From an uncultured Veillonellaceae bacterium (GTDB taxonomy: Bacteria > Bacillota > Negativicutes > JARBTT01): 64,000 bases of DNA. The position numbers were made by a program, and so were the translations under genes. The notes below the pieces were generated by a model that did no database searches, was not told the DNA's origin, and saw nothing but the letters and a program-made list of their open reading frames with translations. Location: assembly GCA_963805085.1 (NCBI GenBank), contig CAWDTA010000002.1:1728001-1792000 (forward strand). The letters run 5' to 3'. How positions within the stretch are numbered: the stretch's first letter is position 1; every line of letters begins with the position of its first letter. Positions 9,256-18,333 of the stretch are shown in pieces.

Positions 9256-9651
9256 ATGAAAGAAATTATTATTCCGAGTGATATTTCTAAAGCGACTGCT
9301 AGGTATGTTCCAGGAATAAAAACTAGTGTTACTCAAAAAACAAATTTTTTATTTATAAGTGGACAAGTATCAATTAATAAAGATGGTAATATTGTAGGAA
9401 AAGGAGAGCCTGAAAAACAAACTATTACGGCATTTGAAAATATACGAAAGGTTTTAAAAAAAGCAGGTGGGGATATTGAGAATCTTGTCGCAATTACTAT
9501 TTATATTACTGATTTAGAAAATCTTAAAGTTATTTCAAACGTAAGAAACAACTACTTTGAAAAATCTGCAGTTACAAGTACTCTAGTTGAAGTTAAAGGT
9601 CTGGTAAATCAGGAGTTGTTAGTTGAGATTAGTGGTCTAGCGGTATTGTAG
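9256..9651 (+). CDS. Rid (YjgF/YER057c/UK114) family protein lacking the RidA catalytic Arg
   Basis: LFISGQV and LLVEISGLA; VTSTLVEV where RidA has PARS. Confidence 0.85.
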   Translation: MKEIIIPSDISKATARYVPGIKTSVTQKTNFLFISGQVSINKDGNIVGKGEPEKQTITAFENIRKVLKKAGGDIENLVAITIYITDLENLKVISNVRNNYFEKSAVTSTLVEVKGLVNQELLVEISGLAVL

Positions 9652-9709
9652 TATAAAAGTAACTAGATCAAAACAATAATAAGCGATTCAAGGGAGGAGA
9701 ATAAGTAGT

Positions 9710-10789
9710 ATGTTGAGTGAATTGAGGAAACTAGATGGTGAAATCCGTGTAGAAGATATTAAAGAGATTGCATATAAGTTTAATATCGTATCTTTGGGAA
9801 AAAGTGACATAGTAATTTCTAATGAGGACTGCAAAAATGTTTTGATAAGATCTGTTGATCACAATCAGTTAGAAAAAGATTGGGTTATATTACAAGATAT
9901 TTGCCAAAAATATCAGAATAGAAAAATGGATAGAAGTATTAATTCAATTAAAGTGTGTAGAAAAAACAAAGAAAAATATTATAGCTATGATGAAATATTA
10001 GAAAGTGGTTTATTGAAAATTATGCCAAATGGAAATATTGTATTGTTGGGTGATTTAGTTGAACTGCTCTCAAGTATAGACAATTATATCTTAAAGTTTG
10101 CCAAAAGCAATCACGCAACACAATTTTATTCAAGTCCTTTGTGGAAAGAAAACGAATTGAATGGTTTTGGATATATGAAAGATGATTTGATGTTGTACAA
10201 ATTGAATCATATTAATGATAGTAATAATGATCATTATTGGCAAATGGCAGTATGTGATAATATATGGAGATATTTAAAAGATAGTGACATAAAAGATTCT
10301 CAAATTTTCACATCAATAGGAGTATGTAGTAGAAGAGAAGGTAGTCAATACTTTATATTAGAAAGAATGAAGTTATTTCACATGAGAGAAGTTGTTTTTA
10401 TTGGGACATCTGAGAGTGTTCAAAACTTTAGAGACAAAATGATGGAGTTTTCTATAAAAATGATAAATGATTTTGAATTAGATTCATATATTGAAGATGC
10501 AAATGATCCATTTTTCTTAAATAATGAAGACTTAAACTGTGAAAATGAATATCATTATCCAGGTGATGTAAAAAAAGAATTGAGAGCTAATCTTTATGGG
10601 AAAAAATCCCTTGCGATAGCGAGTTTCAATATTCATGGAGATTATTTTACCCAAAATCTCAATATAAATTCAGAAAAGCATGATAGCCTCTGGACAACTT
10701 GTGCTGCATACGGAATAGAAAGGTGGGTATGGGCGGTTTTATCACAGCATGGTCCATATAAGAAAAATTGGCCTAAAATATTAATTTAA
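9710..10789 (+). CDS. Class II aaRS-like (atypical SerRS-like) amino acid:[carrier protein] ligase
   Basis: Motif 2 CSRREG...ERMKLFHMREVVFIG; motif 3 TTCAAYGIERW; ANDPFF, KKEL, AIASFNIHGDYF; putative Zn ligands AVC, MRE, TTC; no obvious tRNA-binding domain. Confidence 0.8.
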   Translation: MLSELRKLDGEIRVEDIKEIAYKFNIVSLGKSDIVISNEDCKNVLIRSVDHNQLEKDWVILQDICQKYQNRKMDRSINSIKVCRKNKEKYYSYDEILESGLLKIMPNGNIVLLGDLVELLSSIDNYILKFAKSNHATQFYSSPLWKENELNGFGYMKDDLMLYKLNHINDSNNDHYWQMAVCDNIWRYLKDSDIKDSQIFTSIGVCSRREGSQYFILERMKLFHMREVVFIGTSESVQNFRDKMMEFSIKMINDFELDSYIEDANDPFFLNNEDLNCENEYHYPGDVKKELRANLYGKKSLAIASFNIHGDYFTQNLNINSEKHDSLWTTCAAYGIERWVWAVLSQHGPYKKNWPKILI

Positions 10790-10801
10790 TAGGAGCCTTT
10801 A

Positions 10802-11341
10802 GTGAAAGATAAACTGATTCTGAAAGAAATTTTAGATTTGAAAAGTGAATTATATATAGTTAAAAATAAATTGATTAGTTTGATTAGTAAACATGGAACA
10901 TTAGTGAGCGTTGGGTTAAATATACCGGGCTGGCCTAAATATAATGATAAGATAGAACAATATTTTAATAGTTGTTTTCCTATAATTAGGAAAAAAATGA
11001 GACTAGATGTGGTTTTATATAAATATATAAATAAGGCAGGTGTATTTTATTTTTTGGAATCTATACAAACTCCTATAGCTTTAAAAAAAGTAGCAATTGA
11101 AATAGAAGAAATGGATTGTTACTTTAGATTATTAGATATTGACTGTTATAATAACGAGGGAATATCTATTAATAGAAGAGCTTTAGGATATGAAGAGAGA
11201 AAATGCTTATTATGTAATAATGATGCAAGTTATTGTATTGGAAATAACATACATGATAGTTTGTCTTTAAGAAAAAAAGCAATGAGTATAATAGTGGAGA
11301 GTAGAGAAAAATATCATAATTTTTTGGGTATATCTGAGTGA
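10802..11341 (+). CDS. CitX-like holo-ACP synthase (second, divergent copy)
   Basis: LNIPGWPK, RLLDIDCY, ERKCLLC...C...H. Confidence 0.85.
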   Translation: MKDKLILKEILDLKSELYIVKNKLISLISKHGTLVSVGLNIPGWPKYNDKIEQYFNSCFPIIRKKMRLDVVLYKYINKAGVFYFLESIQTPIALKKVAIEIEEMDCYFRLLDIDCYNNEGISINRRALGYEERKCLLCNNDASYCIGNNIHDSLSLRKKAMSIIVESREKYHNFLGISE

Positions 11342-11482
11342 CAGATATACCTTTGTTTTTACGGAAAAAGCCACTTGGCTCTAAAACAATAATAGGAAAA
11401 TCATACATGGATAATTTCAGGTGTTGATCTTAAAGGCTTAAGTATGTATGAATAACCGTCAAAAATATTTGGAGGGAATGTT

Positions 11483-12661
11483 ATGATACAAGGGAAAAGT
11501 AAAGTTGCTTTGAACGATAAGGTACTGGTTGTGATATTAGGTTTGGCAGGGTTGATTTCTGCAGCGGATAACTGGGTTGTCTCGCCAATTTTGCCAGCAA
11601 TCGCAAATGGATTTGGAGTTTCTATTTCCCAAGTTGGAGTTGTTTTAACAGCATACATGATACCTTATGGAATGATGCAACCCGTTTATGGATTCCTTAG
11701 TGACCGCTGGGGGAAAGCCAATATATTGAAATGGATTATTTATGGACTTTCTTTAGGAACTATTGGCTGTGCTCTTTCGAATTCTTTATGGATGTTGTGT
11801 TTCTGGCGAGCTATTACGGGCTTTTTTGCTGCAGGAATTATTGCTGTGTCTTTAGCATTAATTGGTGATAGTGTGCCAGTCTTGGAGCGTCAGATCCATG
11901 TTGGTAGGTTTATGGGGATTGTTTTTCTAGGGCAGGGTTTGAGTGTTGGGCTAGGGGGGATTTTTGCTGAATACATTAGTTGGCGAGTTGCATTTATTAT
12001 TTTCGCCGGAGCTGCACTCTGTATTGTCTTCTTTTTGAAGAAACTGCCCAAGGATTCTCCTAATCCTATAAATCGTATCAATCGTAATTTTTTTTCTGAA
12101 GTTAAGCAGGTAACTTTAACTCCAAAAGGGAGAGTCATTTTCCCATTAGCTCTGGCTGCGGGATTTTTATTGCTTGGTCTATATAGTTATTTGGGATCCT
12201 TCCTACATGAGGTTACAGGGTTGGATTATTTACAGGTTGGGATAGTAGTAATGTTTTACGGCTTTGCTTGTCTATTCGCAGGTTCTCAAGTTGGAAATTT
12301 TGGGAAAAAAATTGGACAAAAAAAGGTTATCATAAATGGTGAATTACTTGCTGTAGTTGCGGCTTTACTCTTAGCAGCTTTTCCATATTGGCAAACTGGG
12401 TGGTTAGCTACAGTCAGTCTAGGGGTCGGATATATTTTCATTCAATCTACCTTAGCAACAATTGCTTTTGATGTAGCAACTGAGAGTAAGGGGCTTCCTT
12501 CAGCGTTGGTTGGATTTGGACTTTTTGGTGGAGGTGGCTTAGGCACTGCATTTAGTAGTTTGCTGCTTTTACAATATGGGTATCAAACTCTTTGGATGGT
12601 TTTGGGTGCTGGAATAATACTTTTCATTTTTATTACAGCTAGTTTGCAATTTGAGTGTTGA
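11483..12661 (+). CDS. MFS transporter (probable exporter)
   Basis: About 12 hydrophobic segments; GFLSDRWGK motif A; RAITG motif B. Confidence 0.9.
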   Translation: MIQGKSKVALNDKVLVVILGLAGLISAADNWVVSPILPAIANGFGVSISQVGVVLTAYMIPYGMMQPVYGFLSDRWGKANILKWIIYGLSLGTIGCALSNSLWMLCFWRAITGFFAAGIIAVSLALIGDSVPVLERQIHVGRFMGIVFLGQGLSVGLGGIFAEYISWRVAFIIFAGAALCIVFFLKKLPKDSPNPINRINRNFFSEVKQVTLTPKGRVIFPLALAAGFLLLGLYSYLGSFLHEVTGLDYLQVGIVVMFYGFACLFAGSQVGNFGKKIGQKKVIINGELLAVVAALLLAAFPYWQTGWLATVSLGVGYIFIQSTLATIAFDVATESKGLPSALVGFGLFGGGGLGTAFSSLLLLQYGYQTLWMVLGAGIILFIFITASLQFEC

Positions 12662-12689
12662 AACAATGATGAGACGAAGGAACTAGGTT

Positions 12690-12744
12690 AAAGTGTTGAA
12701 AAAGTAGTAGTGAGCACACCTGATTCATTACAATTTACAGATAA
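12690..12744 (+). pseudogene. citF 3' remnant fused to the citC 3' tip
   Basis: aaagtgttgaaaaagtag...cacctgattcattacaattt..gataa resembles citF 4228-4280. Confidence 0.7.
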
Positions 12745-12795
12745 GGCAGATTATCGAAAAGTTACAACATGCGGTCGGTTGAGAGGAGTAGTTTG

Positions 12796-13677
12796 ATGAG
12801 TTTATCACCACAGGAGATTGGCCGTTTTGGAGTGCAGTCCCTTTTAAATGAAGTAGCCGTTACGCCCAAACCAGGCTTGGTTGATCGCCATAGCGCCGGT
12901 GCCCATAAGGATATGGATTGCTTTACTTTTTTAGCGAGTACGGCAGCTTTAGCACCTTATTTTACGCAGTTTGCCCAAAAAGGAGCAGAGTGTGCCAAGG
13001 AAGAACCAAAAGCTTTGTTTCGGGCGATTCGCCCAATTGGTATTGCGGCGGAACGTTGTATGTTTGCCGCGACAACTGGTGTCAATACCCATAAAGGGGC
13101 GATTTTTTCTCTTGGGTTAGTTTGCAGCGCTGCGGGCTGTCTTGTGGCAAACGGGACAGAACTTACGCCAGAAAATGTTGCAGGATATGTGGGTAATATG
13201 ATAGCGGGGATTTGTGCAGAGGAATATCACGGGATCGAAGCAAAGCAAAATCTGACCAAGGGCGAACAAATCTATCTGCGTTATGGCTTAACAGGCGTGC
13301 GCGGTGAAGCGGAACAAGGTTTTCCGAGTGTACTAAGATATTCATATCCGGTACTGGAAGATTGCTTGCTATGCGGTAGATCGATCAATGAAAGCATGTT
13401 GCAGGCGTATCTGCAGTTAGCTGGAAATGTAGATGATACCAACGTTTTAGGACGTCACGATATGGAAGTTTCTACGTATGTAAAAGCAGAAACGCAAAAA
13501 ATTTTACACGTTGGCGGTGCGTTAGAGCCAGAAAATATAGCTTTGCTAGAAGCGATGGATGATGATTTTATCACGAAGAATATCAGCCCGGGTGGTTGCG
13601 CGGATTTATTGGCATTAACGATGCTTTTATTTTCACTAGCAAATCCTACATGGAAGTATAAGATAAATAAAAAATAA
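12796..13677 (+). CDS. citG: Triphosphoribosyl-dephospho-CoA synthase, copy 2
   Basis: Protein identical to copy 1 except one Y>N change and the C-terminal tail. Confidence 0.95.
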   Translation: MSLSPQEIGRFGVQSLLNEVAVTPKPGLVDRHSAGAHKDMDCFTFLASTAALAPYFTQFAQKGAECAKEEPKALFRAIRPIGIAAERCMFAATTGVNTHKGAIFSLGLVCSAAGCLVANGTELTPENVAGYVGNMIAGICAEEYHGIEAKQNLTKGEQIYLRYGLTGVRGEAEQGFPSVLRYSYPVLEDCLLCGRSINESMLQAYLQLAGNVDDTNVLGRHDMEVSTYVKAETQKILHVGGALEPENIALLEAMDDDFITKNISPGGCADLLALTMLLFSLANPTWKYKINKK

Positions 13678-13962
13678 AAAATACCCTAAAAATACCCTAT
13701 AGAATAAGCACAAAAGGAGAGTGTTCATTCTATAGGGCATTTTTCATTCGATCATTTCCAATTGTTTAAGTAAAATAGCTTTATCAAAAATATAAATACA
13801 TATTTAGATAAATTGGAGAAAAACTATTTTATTCGAGCTTACATCAGGTAAACAAATTTTTATAGATAGAGTATTGGCTATGAATAAGTATAAAAAGGAG
13901 TATTCAACAAATACTATGAAGGAAATATTAACCTATATAGTAAATGTAAGGAGGTAGGGGAG

Positions 13963-15588
13963 GTGAAGCGGAAGCAAACTATTGGTATTAAGATAAAAAA
14001 GTTGTTGCAAAAAATTATTAAATATATTATGCAGGCATCGGATGAGGCAGAAACTGAGTTTATAGAACCAAGTCAAAGCATGATGAAGCAGCGAATATCA
14101 CAAAACTTAGAAGATAATGAAGCTTTTTTCAAAAATATATTTGATAAGTCATCTGATATTATTTTTCGTAACTTTCAAGTAGGCAAAAATCAGGCTGGCT
14201 TACTTATTTTTATAGATGGTCTTATTAATAGCGAAGCAGTGAATTCAGATGTACTAAGACCCCTAATCCAATATGGCAATAATGCAAATCAAGAAGAAAT
14301 ATTAAAAGAAAGTAATATTAAGAATATTTTACAGAATCAAGTTATTACTACGGCGCAACTAAGTGGAGGCAAAACAAACGAAGAAGTAGTGAAAAGCGTT
14401 CTAACAGGGGATGTAGCAATTTTAATCGATGGGATGGGGCAGGCCATTTTTGCCAGTATGCGCCAATGGGATAAACGCAGTGTGGATGAACCACAGGTCG
14501 AACCTGTTATACGGGGACCGCGGGAAGGTTTTACAGAAAGCCTAAGGACGAATACCAGCATGGTTCGAAGAAGGTTAAAAACTCCTACTTTAAAAACTGA
14601 GCTTATGAAGGTTGGTAGACTATCGCAAACTGATGTTGTCATTATTTATCTTACAGGTATTTGCGATGAAAGCTTAGTTGACGAAATTCGCAAAAGAATC
14701 AGCCAGATTGATATTGATGCCATCTTGGATAGTGGTTATATTGAAGAATTAATTGAAGATAATCCATCATCTGTTTTTCCTCAACTTGCCCATACCGAAC
14801 GACCGGACAAGCTAGCTAGTAGTTTGCTTGAGGGTCAAGTTGGGATTATGGTTGATAATACACCGTTTGCCTTAATTGCGCCTCACCCTTTTTTCCGAAT
14901 GATGCAAGCGCCTGATGATTATTATGAACGTGCCTTAGGGATGAGTCTTATTCGGCTGCTTCGCTATGTATTCTTATTTATTGCACTACTGATGCCTGCT
15001 GTGTATATAGCGTTATCAACCTTTCATCAGAGTATGATTCCCACGGAGCTTTTACTTTCTATGGCAGCTTCTCGAGAAAATATTCCCTTCCCAGCTTTTA
15101 TTGAAGCGATGATAATGGAGATATTCTTTGAGGCTTTACGGGAAGCAGGCGTACGTCTGCCCCGACCGGTAGGGCAAACGGTAAGTATTGTCGGGGCACT
15201 AGTCATAGGACAAGCTGCCATCCAGGCTGGTATTGTGTCAGCTCCCATGGTTATTACGGTCTCTATTACAGGAATTGCCTCCTTCACTGTGCCGCAGTTT
15301 AATCAAGCTGTAGCTATTCGCGTACTTCGTTTTATGTTGATGATTTTAGCTGGCATGCTTGGTCTTTACGGGGTATTCATGGGTTTTCTAGTTATTTTAA
15401 TCCATATGGCAAGTTTACGGTCTTTTGGTGTTCCGTATCTATCGCCGATAGCTCCACTGGAATTGTCTAGTCTTAAAGATGTATTTATCCGGGTTCCTTG
15501 GTGGGCGATGGTGACTCGCCCGGGATTTACAGTTAATGAGGATATCAAGCGGATGAAAAGTTCGCTGCGTCCTCGGCCTCCCAAATAG
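13963..15588 (+). CDS. Spore germination receptor A subunit (GerKA/GerAA family)
   Basis: GPREGFTE, TERPD, EALREAGVRLP, SFGVPYLSP. Confidence 0.93.
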   Translation: MKRKQTIGIKIKKLLQKIIKYIMQASDEAETEFIEPSQSMMKQRISQNLEDNEAFFKNIFDKSSDIIFRNFQVGKNQAGLLIFIDGLINSEAVNSDVLRPLIQYGNNANQEEILKESNIKNILQNQVITTAQLSGGKTNEEVVKSVLTGDVAILIDGMGQAIFASMRQWDKRSVDEPQVEPVIRGPREGFTESLRTNTSMVRRRLKTPTLKTELMKVGRLSQTDVVIIYLTGICDESLVDEIRKRISQIDIDAILDSGYIEELIEDNPSSVFPQLAHTERPDKLASSLLEGQVGIMVDNTPFALIAPHPFFRMMQAPDDYYERALGMSLIRLLRYVFLFIALLMPAVYIALSTFHQSMIPTELLLSMAASRENIPFPAFIEAMIMEIFFEALREAGVRLPRPVGQTVSIVGALVIGQAAIQAGIVSAPMVITVSITGIASFTVPQFNQAVAIRVLRFMLMILAGMLGLYGVFMGFLVILIHMASLRSFGVPYLSPIAPLELSSLKDVFIRVPWWAMVTRPGFTVNEDIKRMKSSLRPRPPK

Positions 15589-15627
15589 GTGAGCTTTATC
15601 AAATGTTCATTAGTAGAGGGCGATGTG

Positions 15628-16857
15628 ATGAAGAAAATAGGAATTCTATTGCTGGTAATCATGAATGCAGTACTGCTTTCTGGATGCTGGGATCGAGTTG
15701 AGATTAATGATGTTGCGATTGTCATAGCTGTAGGTGTAGATAAAACAGATAATGGCGATATTTGTCTTTCGCTACTCCTACCTGCCCCTAAAAAATTGTC
15801 CTCTAGCGGTGGAAGTGGAGGAGGTAGTGGTGGTGACAACAATGCACCAGCACTCGTGATCTCTGAATCTGGAAAAAGTATCATGGCTGCATATCGCAAG
15901 CTTCAGGCAAAGTTACCGCGTGAAATTCTTTTTTCACATGTTCGGTTCATTATTATTGGTGAAAGACTAGCGCAAGATGGAGTTGCTGGTATCTTGGATT
16001 TTTTCTCAAGGCCAAGACAATCCAATTTAAGGGCGCATATTTTATTTACGAAAGAAAACATTGACGAAGTGCTAGGGGGGGAGCCGGGAATAGAGCAATC
16101 AGTTGCGGAAATGATTCGTGAGGAAGGGGAAATGGGAATTGGTGCTGGAATTGATCTAAAGGATTTCATTAATATGATGACTGAGGAAGGCGTAAATCCT
16201 TGGGGGGGACAATTGGTGAAACTACCATTGGCAGTAGAAACTAAGAAAAATGAGAAAACTGAAGCATCAAAGCCCCAAAAATCGTATTCTTCTATTAGAG
16301 GAGCGGCGGTGTTTGATAAGGATAAATTAGTTGGCTGGATCAATTATGATGAGGTTAGAGGCGTGTTGTGGCTTCGGGATGAAGTGAAAAGGGGTATAGG
16401 TGCGGTTAACGTGAATGTTCCGGAAGAAAAAGGCGGAGGGAAAATGGGCATACGTATCCTTGAGGCTAAGACAAGGTTACAACCTAAGATCAACGAGGAT
16501 GTACTTACGATGCATGTGTACATTGAGGCTACAACGATAATTTATGATAATTCATCTAAGATGGACTTAAGTGATCCTAAGAGCATTTATGATGCAGAAA
16601 AAATGGCAGAGAAGCGTATTAAAGAAAGGGCTCAAAGTGCATTGGATAAGCTCCAAATACAAGTAAGAAGTGATATTTTGGGCTTTGGGACAGCAGTTTA
16701 TCGGGAGTATCCTAAGGAATGGAAAGAAAAATATAAGGATAATTGGCACGAGGAGTTTCCGGAACTTAACGTAGAGGTTGCGTGCAAGGTTTCAATACCA
16801 CGAGTCGGTTTTGTCACGAATTCGTTAACGCGGAAAGAGGACGAAATTATAAAATAA
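15628..16857 (+). CDS. Spore germination receptor C subunit lipoprotein (Ger(x)C)
   Basis: Lipobox LLSGCWD..EI; SDILGFG. Confidence 0.92.
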   Translation: MKKIGILLLVIMNAVLLSGCWDRVEINDVAIVIAVGVDKTDNGDICLSLLLPAPKKLSSSGGSGGGSGGDNNAPALVISESGKSIMAAYRKLQAKLPREILFSHVRFIIIGERLAQDGVAGILDFFSRPRQSNLRAHILFTKENIDEVLGGEPGIEQSVAEMIREEGEMGIGAGIDLKDFINMMTEEGVNPWGGQLVKLPLAVETKKNEKTEASKPQKSYSSIRGAAVFDKDKLVGWINYDEVRGVLWLRDEVKRGIGAVNVNVPEEKGGGKMGIRILEAKTRLQPKINEDVLTMHVYIEATTIIYDNSSKMDLSDPKSIYDAEKMAEKRIKERAQSALDKLQIQVRSDILGFGTAVYREYPKEWKEKYKDNWHEEFPELNVEVACKVSIPRVGFVTNSLTRKEDEIIK

Positions 16858-16867
16858 GAGGTCATTT

Positions 16868-17974
16868 ATGGAGAGAATATCAAATTATCAATTATTTGCG
16901 ATTACAACGCTATTTCAAGTCGGTACGACAATTATATTTGGTTTTTCATCGGCTGCTGGACGAGATGCTTGGATTTCCGTTATAATATCTACCTGCTTGG
17001 GGACAATGATAATTTTTCTGTATCTTGCACTTATGCGAATGCATCCGGGGTTAACATTAGTAGAATGGTATCCACGGCAATTTGGGCGCTGGTTAGGTAC
17101 TCCGATAGCTTGGATGTATCCTCTTCTATTCATCTATGATGCAGGACGTGTCTTGGGAGATTTACGGGATTTAATACCAACGACTATTTTACCAACTACG
17201 CCAAGTGGCGTTGTTTTAACAATTTTTATGGCCGTAGTAGCTTATGGTTTGTTTTGTGGAATAGAAACCATTGGTAGACTGGGAGAGGTATGGCTGCCAG
17301 TACTTACTTTATTCTTTATTCTGGAGCTGATATTTATTTTTAGCTCAGAGATTACTCATATAGAAACATTACAGCCTCTAGTAGGCCAGGGCTGGAAAAA
17401 AATTTGGAGTAGTGTATGGCCGCTTGGTATAACACAGAGCTTTGGAGAAACGCTTGGGCTAGCTATGATTTGGCCATTAGTAAAACAGCCAGAGAAGATT
17501 ATGAAAACTACGATAGCTGCTTCTTTGATGGTTGGCTTCTTTATTGCATTGCTTGATATGGTAGCGATAATGGTTTTAGGCGAAGCTACGTTTTCTCGTA
17601 GCATTTATCCGTTATATGTATTGATTCAACAAATTAATATTGCAAATTTCCTCCAAAATTTAGATGCATTGGGTGTTATGTACTTCTTAACTACTTCATT
17701 TTTTAAAATATCAATTCATTTATTTACCGCTATTTATGGAATTCAGAAGCTTACGCGGGTTAAAAATAGTCGTGTTTTCATTTTACCTATAGTAGTTATT
17801 GTGTTGTATTTGGGAATGAAGATGGCATCCAGTGTTTTAGATCATATTGAAGCAGGGCTTAAAGTTTTGCCTTATAATTTATGGATTCTTTTGTTTTTGG
17901 TATTACCAGGTATACTTTTTATAGTAGCGTGGATTAGACAGAAGCTGGGTAAAAAACAGAAGGAGATGAAGTAA
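16868..17974 (+). CDS. Spore germination receptor B subunit (GerAB/APC family)
   Basis: AGRDAWIS, LPTTP, GIETIGR; multi-TM; operon context. Confidence 0.92.
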   Translation: MERISNYQLFAITTLFQVGTTIIFGFSSAAGRDAWISVIISTCLGTMIIFLYLALMRMHPGLTLVEWYPRQFGRWLGTPIAWMYPLLFIYDAGRVLGDLRDLIPTTILPTTPSGVVLTIFMAVVAYGLFCGIETIGRLGEVWLPVLTLFFILELIFIFSSEITHIETLQPLVGQGWKKIWSSVWPLGITQSFGETLGLAMIWPLVKQPEKIMKTTIAASLMVGFFIALLDMVAIMVLGEATFSRSIYPLYVLIQQINIANFLQNLDALGVMYFLTTSFFKISIHLFTAIYGIQKLTRVKNSRVFILPIVVIVLYLGMKMASSVLDHIEAGLKVLPYNLWILLFLVLPGILFIVAWIRQKLGKKQKEMK

Positions 17975-17977
17975 CAG

Positions 17978-18103
17978 ATGGATAAATTTTTGTATCCGTG
18001 GCAGTCACATGTTATGAAAGAACATCCGTGGGCGATGCCGCTATTTATGTTAACCGTAGCATTGCTTCTTTCCATCGTTACTTGGATTAGACAAAAAAAG
18101 TAA
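17978..18103 (+). CDS. 41-aa membrane peptide, possible germinant receptor D subunit
   Basis: RBS aaggag; MDKFLYPWQSHVMKEHPWAMPLFMLTVALLLSIVTWIRQKK; lies between gerB and the terminator. Confidence 0.45.
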   Translation: MDKFLYPWQSHVMKEHPWAMPLFMLTVALLLSIVTWIRQKK

Positions 18104-18145
18104 TCAAAGAAATTCAAAATATAGAAAATATGGCCTGACTAAATA

Positions 18146-18200
18146 AAATGTATCCTATAGGATAAACTCTAGAAAAAGGGTAGCCTATAGGATACATTTT
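18146..18200. terminator. Long hairpin terminator after ger operon 1
   Basis: aaaatgtatcctatagg ... cctataggatacatttt. Confidence 0.7.
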
Positions 18201-18333
18201 TGTGTAATGAAAGCAGTGATTTTAAAGGTAGTCAAATAAAATCGTCCCTGATTTTTGGATAATATTTCGATTAAATACATGTTTATTCTATTTTTGGATA
18301 AGCTATCCAGGAGATTTCTGAGGGGGATTAAAT

